64,000 nt of DNA, from NCBI GenBank assembly GCA_030264375.1, contig JASCQW010000162.1, positions 54,835,460 to 54,899,459 of the forward strand, read 5' to 3'. The stretch is from Carcharhinus longimanus. Its lineage: Eukaryota. The first letter of the stretch is position 1; each line of letters starts with the position of its first letter. Shown here piece after piece: positions 52,249 through 64,000 of this stretch. The notes beneath the pieces were generated by a model, which worked only from the letters and a program-made list of their open reading frames with translations, did not search any database and had not been told where the DNA came from. Made by a program: the position numbers and the translations under genes.

Positions 52249-52398
52249 GATCCAGACTGAGCTCTGGACTGCCGGCGAATCAAACACACCCGAGCTCGGA
52301 GGCGCGTCAGTTGATCGACAGCGCGATCAGCCAATGGCATTGCAAACTGGGCCAGCGGGGCGGATCTCAGCCAATGGTTGTGGAGGAGGTGGGCTCAA

Positions 52399-52406
52399 TG
52401 ACGTCA
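52399..52406. promoter_or_regulatory. Full palindromic CRE (TGACGTCA)
   Basis: Exact TGACGTCA about 150 bp upstream of the PCCB ATG. Confidence 0.7.
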
Positions 52407-52476
52407 GGCCAGCTCGATTTCCCCCTCGGGGGAAACCAAACGTGCGTCAGCAACCCCTCGGGCAGGCCGCAAGCTT

Positions 52477-52567
52477 TGCATTGTGGGAGTTGTAGTCCGC
52501 AGGGGCGGCACTAGAAGTTAATGCCAGCGCCACCACCGCCTGCTGAGACTACAGCTCCCGGCGTGCC
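52477..52567. promoter_or_regulatory. Two divergent ZNF143/STAF (ACTACA-SBS, THAP11-associated) motifs
   Basis: Minus strand GACTACAACTCCCACAATGCA (52477-52497) and plus strand ACTACAGCTCCCGGCGTGCC (52548-52567) match ACTACAnnTCCCrnnrTGC. Confidence 0.85.
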
Positions 52568-52908
52568 TCAGCAGCCAGCCCAGCCCGTGCGCGCGAAGGA
52601 CCTCGAATGGGCCCCGTTCCTATTGGCTGAGCCGTCGAGCAGCGGCCAGCCCACACTGAACTCTCTCTGTATGTAAAAAAACCCACCGCGCACGGACGGG
52701 TGAAAAATATACAATCCAAAAACGGATTGGGGAGGACCGATTCAAAATATAGCTTCATTCAGACAAAAAAGTAGGCGAATAAAACCAAAGATAATTATTT
52801 TAGCTCTCAGCCCGCATTTTAAAAAAGACATAATTAATATCGGGAGCCATTCTGGGGGGAGGGGGATGAAGCCGATCAGGCATTCGAGGAGATCACCTTC
52901 CTACTGCT

Positions 52909-52918
52909 GTCACGTGAC
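52909..52918. promoter_or_regulatory. Extended E-box GTCACGTGAC (USF/MiT-TFE CLEAR-type)
   Basis: Exact 10-bp palindrome within the CpG island. Confidence 0.65.
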
Positions 52919-53737
52919 TGGCGCTCGAGCTCTTTCCGTTTTTTTTCTCTTTAAACGAACGAACGTTTCCACCATTTAAAAAAAATCGTCTCCCACTCTT
53001 TTCTCCTCCTCCTTTTCCTCGTTTAATAACCCAACGCCACCGCTCCCTCCCGAATCTGGGTAAAAATTTGAACAGGGTGGGGGCAGCTTATACCGAAAAA
53101 GAGGAGGGAGGAAAGTCGCCGCCGGTGGCGGCGGAGGAGGAGGAGGAGGAAGGAGGGAGGGAGGGAAGAGGATGATGGTGTCGATGTTGGGCCCGGAGCG
53201 GCTTGTGAGGGATTGAGCTCGCAGGCTCGTTTGGGTGCTCTCTCTCTCTCTGGTCCTCCTTCCCTCCCCACCCCTAATTTGATCCGCAGATTCTGGGGGC
53301 TCGGAGGAAGAGGGTGTGTGTGAGAGGGAGGGAGTGAGGCGAGTTCTCGCGAATGGCGAGAGGTGCGCGGCTGGGGCCCGCTGCGCGCGCGTTAACCAGT
53401 AGGTGCCGCCGAGCCCGGAGCCCGCGCAGCGCGGATGGGGACAGGGCTCGCGGACTGTAGGCTCTCCGCCGCCCGCCCGCAGCAGCACCGTTAAGTATCA
53501 TGGCTCCGCGAGAGGAAGCCAGCCCTGGGAGAGTACAACCCGCCGCCGCCGAGGACGACAACAACAACAACAGCAGCGGTGCCGCCGCTGACACCCCACT
53601 CTAATTAAATGGACGTTGGCACCGCCGCGGAAACTGGGCGTCGGAGAAAGAGGAATCGGAAATATTCTCGTCGGCGGCAGCAGCAGCAGCCTCGGCATAA
53701 CGGCTCGGCCCGCTCCGACTTGGCCGCCGTCGCCGCC

Positions 53738-53879
53738 ATGAATCCGGTCAACGCCACCAGCCTGTACGTGTCGACCTGCCGCTACATCATGCAGTGCGAG
53801 CCGCAGGAACCCGGCTCCTTCTCGGAGCTCTACAAACTGCTCCCCTACCTGCGCCAGTCCCTCTCCTGCTGTGTCTGCG
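53738..53879 (+). CDS. MSL2: MSL2 coding exon 1 (start of RING domain)
   Basis: gccgccATG Kozak context; MNPVNATSLYVSTCRYIMQCEPQEPGSFSELYKLLPYLRQSLSCCVC(G); donor GTGAGT; 142 nt. Confidence 0.96.
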
Positions 53880-56800
53880 GTGAGTGTTTTAGAAGCAATT
53901 TCTTAATGCAATCGCTATCTTTATTTGTCTTGCAAAAAGCACGGGGAAGGGGGTTGGAGATATGTACCATTACATAACGAACACTTATATTTCTAAACCC
54001 GATTTTTAACCCTCCCCCCTCACATCTCCACTGCATGTGTATTCTGTATAGAGAGGTTTGTGCACTGCACCAGAGGCCTTGCTCTACTCGTTAACCAGAA
54101 CTACATCTGAATTTGTATTTTTTTGGAAAGCCTTTCGATTGCAATTGCAGATTGAACAAGTTCATTTTTTTTGTCTGTGTTGTTACATTCTTCCCCCTCC
54201 TCCCCGTGTAACTGGCGTGTTCCCCTCCCCCGTGTTGAGATGTATCTTTTGCATTGCAGCAAGAGGCCTACATCGTTTACAGTACTCGGAATAAAACTGG
54301 AGCCTATGATTCTAATCGCGGAAATCCGACTACATTTTGAATCTTGAAAGGACGACAAGTTAGCATAAGGTTATTGTCTAAATGCACACTGATGTTTAGA
54401 AATATGTATTTTCCATCCGTAGTTGTATGAGATTTATCTTGCACTGCAACAGAGGCCTGCACTGTTTATAATGTTGTGCCATCTATGCGTTTTTATCTTT
54501 GCCGAAGATTTTTTTTCGCGGTTAGGTTAATACATGGTGACTATAAACGAGTGACTTTCATCACAAAGTAACGAGAGCTGCAATTATTTATCTATTTCCA
54601 TTGTAGCCTGGACTGTTGTCAGAGCTATGGAACTCAGTTGAACTTAATATTTTCACCCTTAACTCGACACGTTAATACCTACCTTTCTTAAACCAGTGTG
54701 GCTAGAAGGCTTCAGTCCGGCTAAGGCAGTTACTGAACTGATTCATTGTTTTTCGTTACAACAGGTGTGCTTTTTATAATATCGATCACAATCACAATTT
54801 GTAATTTTCCTTCGAACCAGTAAGTACAAAGATGACAACATCTTTTGAATGTTTTTTATTCGCCGAGCAGCCCAAACATTTGTACTTATTCTTTATTCGT
54901 TTCTCTATAATCTGAGACCTCAAAAAATAAACCTTACAGGCTTGTAATTTGTAATTCTCTGGTTTGAAAATAAGTTACCACGTGTTCCGAGAGATCGATG
55001 GTTTCATTACCCTTCAGTACACATTTTGAGAGGGATTATTTTAATTTCTCTACGATCTAATATTAAATGAGTTTAATTTGCGAATAGTCACAGGCGTAGG
55101 AATTACAAATAAACTCTTTTTAGGGGAAAAAACTTGCTTTTTTTTTGGAGTTGACCACCTGTTTGTGTAAATATGAATGGGAAGCCTGCTTTTTCAAATC
55201 CCCGCCCTCCCCGCCAAATGCGTAGGTGAATGTAAACCCCTCTAATGTTGTGAATTGGGGAATCTTTTGAAGTAAGTCACTGCTAGTTGTTTCTAAATGC
55301 AGATATATATTGAGCTTGTTTGATAGAAGTTGCTATTTTGCGTTAGCTGGTCTGAGGAGAAATATGTTCACGGGGACGGGACGTTTTTAAATTCTGCCCA
55401 AAAGTAAACATGCACACGTGTTTGCTCTGAAGCTTCGAATTGAAGACGCAGCAAGTTCACCCAATGAGCAACTCGATTAATTTAGCAATTCATTACTTTC
55501 AGTCATACCCCCCCCCCCCCCTTAGGTTCTTAATCTGTTCGGTTCCGGAAATTGTATCGAAATCTCTATTATTCTTACTTGTATAAAGTTGTTCGACCTC
55601 GTGTGGAATGGTTAACTTGACGGTTTTATGGTTTTGACAAATGTCGCACTCTTAATTGTATCTTGGACTCCATCGACCACGTATTTACTGATCTTTTGAC
55701 ATTATTAAGGTAGAGACATTGTGCCTTAGTGTATGATAACAGCAATTTGTTCAATTTTCTGCATTCTTTCAGAATATATTGTATAGGAGAGGAAGATTGA
55801 AGATTCTCCCATTATTTTCAATGTAGTTTGATTTCCCAATGGGTCTCATGTCTCTTCACCTCCCCATCTTTACGTTTACAACAAATTGCAGTTTTGTATT
55901 TGTATGGGAATTGTATATACACTTGAACCCCACCAGTAGCTGTCTGTTGACATATTAACTTGCTACATTCATTAATGTTTGCTGATTTCTTTTTCTGTTA
56001 ATTAAGTCTCATTTAAGCACTTTCAATGTATAAAAGTGGAGACTTATGTTTAAAAGTGGGTTTGACTACAAGCCATGAAATAATGAAAACTTGATATCGC
56101 CCGTGTAGAGAACTTGTGGTTGTGCATTACAGCTCTTGCAGTTAAATCTGAAAAGAAATTTGAAGCACTTGGGATAAACAGTGCAAGTAGTGTTGAAGAT
56201 CATGCTCAAGTTATATTTTAAAGGTTATGGAAGACATTTGCTATGTAGACTTGAATTCAAATTTTAATTAGTAGTAGAAACTTTTTTATTAGCATTTAAG
56301 TGTCCATGGTGATAAGTACTCTCTAGTATTTGCCATTTGTTTCAGCTAAACATGGGTGTGGGTGGCTCTCTTAAAAGAAAATGCAATGTACTGCTCAAAT
56401 TACCATATTAGCTGTTTTGATAAACAGTTAAAGTAAAACACAAGTAACCAATATGGATAAAGGCCCATTCCAAAGTGTGTTTTAAATGCCTTTTACTTGA
56501 GGATGGAACGAAGGACAAAGATTGAAAAGAAAACAAATGAAAGAAATAATAGTTTAAAATGCAAGTATTTGTGTGTGAATAGTTTATCTTTGGACAATGA
56601 ATTCTAGGATGCAGGCTTGTTTGAATCGACCCATTCCTGGTGGTCAGTTTTTCCCCTTTGTTTTTGGATCCACCCTTGTACACGGTTATCTTGCTGTTAA
56701 ATCCTCAGTGAGATGCTTGGCAACATCTGATCACCGAACTTGTGCATATAAAACATCTGAAGTAATACTGGATAACAGCTTGTGTTGCATTATGTCGGCT

Positions 56801-59800
56801 TTTCTGATTTGGTTTCTCCACTAACTGACTATGATGAAAACATTGAGTGGTTTTTGTGGTGGATTTGGTAGCGTAGTACAAAGTTAGTGCTCAGCACAGT
56901 TCAACAAACTGAAAATCAGCTCTCACCGTTCACCACTTCCCCACCATTCCCCAAAGGATAAAAAATGGTATGGGTGTGAAGTGTAACATTCAGCATTTGG
57001 GGGTTGCAAAAACATTACTGCCCAGGGCCTAATCCAACTTTCCAACCACTTAATTTGAGGGGTAAATTTCAGTGTTGGATTGGAGAATGACAACATTTAA
57101 TGGGCTTGGGAAGAGAGGACTTCTCGCAACATATATTTTTTTTCCCCCCCCCTGCACAAGCCCTCCCCCCAACACTATGGGAGCCCAAAAGCCTCAACAA
57201 GTAACAAAATGTGAGGATGGTGAATGCAGCTCCAGGGAAGGGCTTCAATCTCAACGTCAAACCATGGGATGGGAGGTACAAGACTTCTGAGGTGAGCAGA
57301 TTGTGCCCTGTAGGGAAGAAGGAAAGTCTGACAAGACCCTGTGGACTTGGAACCTTTTACGTTTTGTTTGTGATGTCAAGACAACGATAGTTTTACATAA
57401 AGTAAGGTCAGAAACTTCATCTCCTTGGTACAGAATCTTGCTCAAGCCAAATGTTTTGGGAATTTACTCTTAATAACTCGAGCGTATTCCCACCTTTTTC
57501 TCAATCTACATTGGGTAAGTCATTTTATAAGAGATGGTTAGTTGATTAGTGCCTGATATCGTTTATATGTCTGCTTCGTTGTTTGGGCGCTGAGCTCCAG
57601 GCAAAATGCCAAGAGTCAGATCATTTAGTATGCATTAGGGAAAATATCAAGGATAATCTGCAAAATGTGTATGCAATTAGCCCAAATCAGAAATGACAAA
57701 GAAAATGTATCCGGAAATACTCCCTGTAGTTCTAACAAATTTTTAAATACAATCTTATACATTTCTCTGTATTCTATTCTGTTTATATTAAAAAAAAAGG
57801 ACTTCAGGGAAAGACCAGAAGAGTGGGATTAATTGGATATCTGTTAAAGAGCATGATGGGCAGAATATGCTATATCAACCTGTTATGGGCACTTATTTTC
57901 ATCCAAGTAAGGACAGTTTGCATTCTTGGGTATGAGTTTGAGATTTTAAATTGTGAAAATAGAGTAAGACTTTCAGTGCTGTTGGCATGATACTGTAATA
58001 GGATAGTAATAGCCATTTCAAATCTAAATATTAATCTAGTACCATAAAATAGTTTATTTTAATTTTGTTTTTGGAATAGATTAAAACAGGATTGTTAAAT
58101 CAATTGCTTTAAGGTTGCTGTCGACTCCATTAGCTCAAGTCTGTGGTACCTTATTTGGGATCTGCAATACAAATGATTGATACAATATTAGTAAGACAGT
58201 CTTGTAAACCATTGAGAATAAGTTTTCATATTGAGATTTCAAAACTATAATTTTTAAAGACTTTCTGATTTCACTCTCAAGTAGCCTAGCCCAGCCCTTA
58301 ATTTAAGAAGATATCTTGCTCTGGATTTTCAAATGGAGAAAATAGTTCTCTGTATCTACCCTATTGAATATTGAACCCATTTATCATTTAAAGCATGATT
58401 GGATCACCCTCAATTTTCTAAACTTGTGGAAATGCAAACCAAGTTTATGCAACCAATCTGTTTTAACTGGTGAAGCCCTGATATTATTCCAGTGAATTGC
58501 TGTAACCCCTCCAATGCCAAATGAGTTTAATTGCCCAAAATGTATACATTATTCCTTTGTAACTTTTGAGTTTCAATTGCTATTTTAGAGTTTAAAAACA
58601 ATTTTAGTCCAAAATTGCATGGTATTCTGGCAGTATTCACTCACACCTGAGGGTTGCGTTATAGGTTATGGTTGTTGGTTGTAATAAGGATTGTGTTCAT
58701 TTAATTTGCATAGCCTACTACAGTACTGTTAATGTTTCTTCACTTTTACTACTTAGCAAACATTGGCAATGTAATGTTAGAACTGTGTACTGGCTACTGT
58801 CTGATGTTGCAAGAGAAAATTGTTGATGAAAGTAATTCCGCTGTGATTACATTCTTGGTGATTATCAGCATGTGCAGTAGTAGAATGTCTTCAATGAGTG
58901 AGTATTTGTTATGCAGTACACATTTAACTTGTTTTATTAGAAGGTATGTACTTGTATTTCAGATGCAGCTAGCTGGACCAGGGTTTGAAAGATGTTGCCA
59001 GTTGCTGAGAGAAATTGATATCAAGTTGGTAAAAGATGATTTGCTAGGAATTCAGAAGATAGATTGGAAACACCATGATGCAGTGACAGTTGGCTTACTG
59101 ATATGTTTCCTATTCCATAGACCTGTGTATAAGAATGCTGCTTCAAACCAAAATGTTTTAATTGCTGTACTCAGCATAGCATTGATATCAACAGCAGAAA
59201 TGTTTTAGCTTTTCGCTAGCTGAGGAATACATGGCTGAGCCATATTGGTCATTTCATATGCATTGGTTTAATTAAACAATTTAGTTCAATGTTCAAACAC
59301 TAAACAATTTCTGTTACATTGAGATTTGTCTATACAATCCTTATGTTTGTGTTTATATCCTGCAACACCAGTTTAGAAAGTTAATTTCAATATGTAAGCT
59401 TCCAAATATTCACATTGGTTTTAATGCCTCTAATGTGTTTACTCAGGACACTGATTTGGAGATCTGTGTTTTTAATAAGAAATAGGAGCAGGAGTAGGCC
59501 ATCTGGCCCTTCGAGCCTGCCCCGCCATTCAATAAGATCATGGCTGATCNNNNNNNNNNNNNNNNNNNNNNNNNNNNNNNNNNNNNNNNNNNNNNNNNNN
59601 NNNNNNNNNNNNNNNNNNNNNNNNNNNNNNNNNNNNNNNNNNNNNNNNNCCGCCCTAGACACATCCTCATAAAACTCCAGTAAATTTGTCAGACACGTTT
59701 TGATTAGGTTTACCAGGAAGACGAGCAATAGATTACTTGTATCCTTAGGAGGAACATTACAATTTAAGAACATACTTTTAAATTTGAAGTTTACATCTTC

Positions 59801-60959
59801 CTTTGTAAAATTACTTGTGCACTGTTGGTTGAATGAGTTCTTACTGTATAATACTACAGTTTGTTTATTGGATAGTGTATTATACTTGATTATATATGTC
59901 TGTATGTAAGTCCTTATTGGATCAATTTTACAAATGCTATGAAATTCAAGTGTTGAGAACTTAAAACTAACATTTACATGGTCTTGGGCATTTTAGGACA
60001 GTAAGTGATAGACACTGCTAAACCAGTTGGTCACTTTTTTGTGTTTAATTGAATTGTTCATTTGAGAAACCTCATGAAAATCGGCTGTGATTAAAGCTAT
60101 TGGGGGTATGGTTTTAAAATGTATGCATAAGCAGTGCTTGTTAATTAAATTCTTTTAAGCAAATAACATTGAGAGAAAATATGCATGATTATCTTTAACA
60201 TGGGAAATAGGGAAGAATAACCATTCACTTTAAGTTGCTCTCATTCACATAAGGATAGTCCCATCTGTTTTCCTTTTCTAAGTTGTTAAAAGCCTAATAC
60301 TGCCGATGTCAATTCTCAGCTGATTGCATGTTAGGTAAGTATGCAGATAAGGTGCAAAATAAATGCTTCCTCTGATCATGTATTATTATTAATTTACTGC
60401 ATGATTAGACGAATATGCCACACATTTCTCCCCATATCAGTTTAACTCTCCACGTTCGAATGGCTAGTATAGTATCATGTACAAAATGGCAATTACTTTG
60501 CTGCAAACTACAATATCAGGTCTTGATCACGATCAATGATGGCAAAACGTGTGGAATATTACATATGAAGTATCAGTTTAGGGCAAGTGTTCTGAGCTCT
60601 TGCCACCCTATTAAAGGGGAATCTGATAACACTATAATTATGGCTGTAAAACATATTTAAGCCATTTGCAGTAGTTCTGGTACAGAAAATAGCCACATGA
60701 AGAATACATTTCAGCAAATTTTATTTTTCTCCTTTTCCCTCACCCTGGGAGAAAATATATTTATCAAATGGGCAGAGCCATAACTGTGGGAATTGCTTCT
60801 AAGAAGTAAGGTATCAGCAGTTTGTTCAAAAAAAGGCAAATAATATTTCTTGAAGATAGGTGAAAAAAATTAAAACTTTTAAATTTGATACATTACTGAA
60901 GTTTCAGTGGTCTTATCAGTACTTTCCAGATAAATTAATACTTTTTTTTTCTTTTGCAG

Positions 60960-62590
60960 GAAATCTACTAAAAGAACCAATTGCTCCTACAAACTCCACT
61001 TGCCAGCACTATGTCTGCAAAATGTGCAAAGGTAAAAAGATGATGATGAAACCCTCCTGTAGTTGGTGTAAAGATTATGAACAGTTTGAAGAAAATAAAC
61101 AACTGAGCATCTTGGTGTGCTGCTACAAGAAACTATGTGAATATGTAGCTGAATCCCCAATTTCACAGCATCTAGCTACTGTTATGGATGGTGCTCCTGA
61201 CATCTTAACCCTGCTGCAAGAGGGACTCTCATTAGACGAAGAGAGGCAAGGAAGTTCTGCTTTGACCAGTGCTTTAAATTTGTCAAATTCCCCAACTCCG
61301 TCAACCTCAGAATGCACCAGTGATCTCGAAATGGCAGCAACACCACGAATCATTGAAAATATTCAAGACAGCGAACGGCTTTCAAGTAATACTGAACTAA
61401 CCTGCTCTAGTTTCAATGGGTTGCCTGGTTGCAATGGACTTCCAGCTGGTGAATTTACTGTAAATATTATTTCTTCGGAAAATTCAGAAAGGCTTAATAC
61501 ATCCTGCACTGGGGAGGACTTCAAAAGTAGGGACATTTCTGACAGCTTGCAGGCAGTCAACGAAGTAATTTCTTGTAGTAATGTTGATGTAGTGGGAGTT
61601 GACATTTGCAGTTATGGTGAAGACATAAAGCCGATTGGTTCTTTGTTATTCACCAGTGGACGTGTACTTCAAGATTTAGAAACAGTTGCAAATAATCTTG
61701 AGGCCTGTAGCAATTACTCACAACCTATTTCTGAGGCAAGTACACCCAATGGACCTCTTATGGATGCCAAACCTATCTCCTTGCCTCCTAAAAGCAGTAT
61801 TTTTGTTTCTAGCAATGCACCTCCTCATGGTATTCCCTGTGTAGCTGCAACACCTAAAATTGTACGAGGGAATCGGAAGCGTTCTCGATCGGAGAGCGAC
61901 AGTGAAAAAATTCAACCCCTGCCTATTTCCAGCATTATACACGGCCCACCTTTAGGGGCTGCTGCTCCTGTTCCTGCCAAACGAGAGACCAAGTTGTCCA
62001 CAGAAACTGTCGTCACAGTGCCAAATGGCGGCACGCTAAAAGTGGGCAAATCCTTGCTTCCGGCCAGTAAAAGTGTTAAAAAGCATGCAGAACATGGAGC
62101 AAAGAAATCACACTCGAAAGTAAAGCAGGGAACAACCAAATCTAAAACCAAGGAGAAAGTTCATAGCAGTACTGTTATGCCTGGTAGCCCATCAAAAATA
62201 GCATACAAAAAGCCCCAAGAGAAGAAGGGGTGTAAGTGTGGACGTGCTACACAAAACCCAAGTGTTCTTACGTGTCGTGGGCAACGTTGCCCTTGTTACT
62301 CAAATCGCAAGGCCTGTTTGGACTGCATTTGCCGTGGTTGCCAGAACTCATATATGGCCAATGGCGAAAAAAAATTGGAGGCTTTTGCTGTGCCAGAAAA
62401 GGCCTTGGAGCAGACCAGGCTTACTGTGGGCATCAGCTTAACCAGCATCAGCAATGCGGTGCGTAATGCAAGCACGAGTGCAAGTGTCATCAATGTGACA
62501 ACGGGGTCACCCATACCAACTTTCCTAGCTGCCAGTCCACATGACGACAAAAGCTTGGATGAAGCTATTGACTATAGATATGACTGTTAG
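60960..62590 (+). CDS. MSL2: MSL2 coding exon 2 (rest of RING finger, CXC domain); E3 ubiquitin ligase subunit of the MSL complex
   Basis: Polypyrimidine tract plus CAG acceptor; GNLLKEPIAPTNSTCQHYVCKMC...KPSCSWCKDYEQFEENKQL; CXC domain KKGCKCGRATQNPSVLTCRGQRCPCYSNRKACLDCICRGCQN; TAG stop; 590 aa in total. Confidence 0.98.
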
Positions 62591-64000
62591 ATTGGAATTG
62601 ATCTGGTAGACCTTAGGCTTGTCCCTATTCATGGGGATGGCTACATCTTTAAGGCAGCTATAGTTCTGTTTTTGGGGAAAATAGACTTAGTCGAACTTGC
62701 CGTAGTGCTTTGGGTATAGATCACTTGAAGTAAATGTAAATCATCAGGCCTGGCTCCAAAAAGGAGGAATAGGTTAATTTGTTGAATAAGATGTAATTAA
62801 TGAACTGTTGCAAGTGACTTATACTGAACAATCTTTGGCAAGAGAAATTTGACCTCATTGTTGCTGCTTATGCATTGTGCATAATCGCAAAAGGTTAAGG
62901 TGTAATTTAAAAAAGCAGAAAATGGTGAACTACAGTACGAACAGTTTAAGAAAATTACATGTAGAATATAATGTCACTTTTTATATGCAGATTATTTTTG
63001 TGTTCTCTAAATCAAAAGAAACATTGGTTTTGTTTTATTTTGGTAATGTCATTAGATGACCCAAGAATATATTTAAAACAAAATGCCTCATTATTTTCTA
63101 ATGACTGCATTAGCATGAATCAGTTGCACAAAGCAAAACACTCCCATTACACCTGTGTAGTTACACATTCAAGTAGAAATAAGGATGACACTTTATAGAC
63201 GCACATGATATATATTTTCTTCCCTCAGGTCTGCTTGTTTCATTAGGAGAACCATCTGGTGCTCAGTATGTAATTCTGTCATGAATGGTGGTTGCTGGAA
63301 GACCCCACCCCACCCTGCACATGCACTTAGATGCCTACAATTGAAGAGGGTGTTGAAGCTATATTAACGAAAGTGTGTACAGATGAAGCTTATTGAGTTG
63401 GCTAAGTTGTGCACAGGTGTCTTAATCTGGCCAGAAATATTTTGTGCAAGCATTTCTCTACAATATCTGAGGGGTTTATCCTGTTATGGATTCACAGTTT
63501 CGTAATAAACTGCTACTATGCTGGATGCTACCGTTCTCCACAGCCTCAGTGCTCAGTGGTGATATGAAAAGCAGGGTGGTGAAGAATTTTAATTTATTCA
63601 CCCCAAATGTGCATATTATAGTAGTGCCTCTGCATTACTGGCTGTCTGCCATTGGGTAGCATAGCACTTATTTTGTACTATATTTACAAAGTGCACCCAT
63701 GGCTTCTAGTGCCAGATCGTTAGTACTGCAGCCGGCAGTTAATTCTTGGCATGCCTGACCACATTGGCAAATTCAGGTTTCACATTGGCACAAAATCAGC
63801 TGAGTAACAAAGCAACCAGTACCTGTGTAATTATGCAATTTGGTCCACGTGTTCATATAAAATTGAAAGGAATCAATACAATAAATGTTATTAAGGCACT
63901 TCAAAAACGGGGACTAGTGCATGTGCTCTTCTCTTCCCCCTCATCCTTTTTCAAAAAGACCCAGTATTTCATCATTAATATCTCAATCCCGTTACATGTG
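62591..64000 (+). other. MSL2: MSL2 3' UTR (end uncertain)
   Basis: No recognisable repeats after the stop codon; AATAAA at 63504-63509 and 63880-63885. Confidence 0.6.

Larger units (their letters stand above)
51950..53900. promoter_or_regulatory. CpG island / bidirectional promoter shared by PCCB and MSL2
   Basis: CpG-dense in a CpG-depleted window; divergent ATGs at 52248 and 53738; CCAAT at 52331 and 52371, ATTGG at 52622 and 52726, GC boxes near 52357 and 52502. Confidence 0.9.

Noticed and set aside
52249-52287. ORF-track start MFDSPAVQSSVWI for PCCB
   Set aside because: The track begins at a non-ATG codon; the first ATG is at 52248
52976-53698. Several GC-rich minus-strand ORFs (up to 170 aa) in the CpG island
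   Set aside because: Low-complexity products expected from stop-poor GC-rich sequence; no recognisable domain
60860-60959. N-terminal part of the 576-aa ORF as the MSL2 start
   Set aside because: It is intronic read-through upstream of a clear polypyrimidine tract and CAG acceptor; the true N-terminus is in exon 1 at 53738
61123-62550. Antisense and alternative-frame ORFs within MSL2 exon 2
   Set aside because: Short shadow ORFs of a real coding exon with no independent evidence

Overview
Vertebrate genomic DNA, most likely from a shark or ray. This is inferred from HE1-like SINEs and CR1/HER1-like LINE tails; the species cannot be determined from the sequence. The window holds two complete protein-coding genes arranged head-to-head around a CpG-island promoter. 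PCCB (propionyl-CoA carboxylase beta subunit, minus strand) has 15 coding exons from 52248 to 1434, giving 1659 nt and 552 aa. MSL2 (plus strand) has 2 coding exons from 53738 to 62590, giving 590 aa. The introns are full of decayed CR1/L2 LINEs, SINEs, Penelope-like remnants and Harbinger fossils, and several N-gaps sit next to young LINE tails. The most notable observations are: two consecutive GC-AG introns in PCCB, a duplicated frameshifted copy of exon 14 that has a canonical GT donor, a duplicated exon 5 splice acceptor, two local inverted duplications (one with near-perfect 147-bp arms), divergent ZNF143-type motifs in the bidirectional promoter, a uORF-rich MSL2 leader with an in-frame basic N-terminal extension, and a motif repeated at about 190-bp spacing in MSL2 intron 1. 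I found no demonstrable new biological system. The splice-decoy and translational-control ideas are hypotheses.
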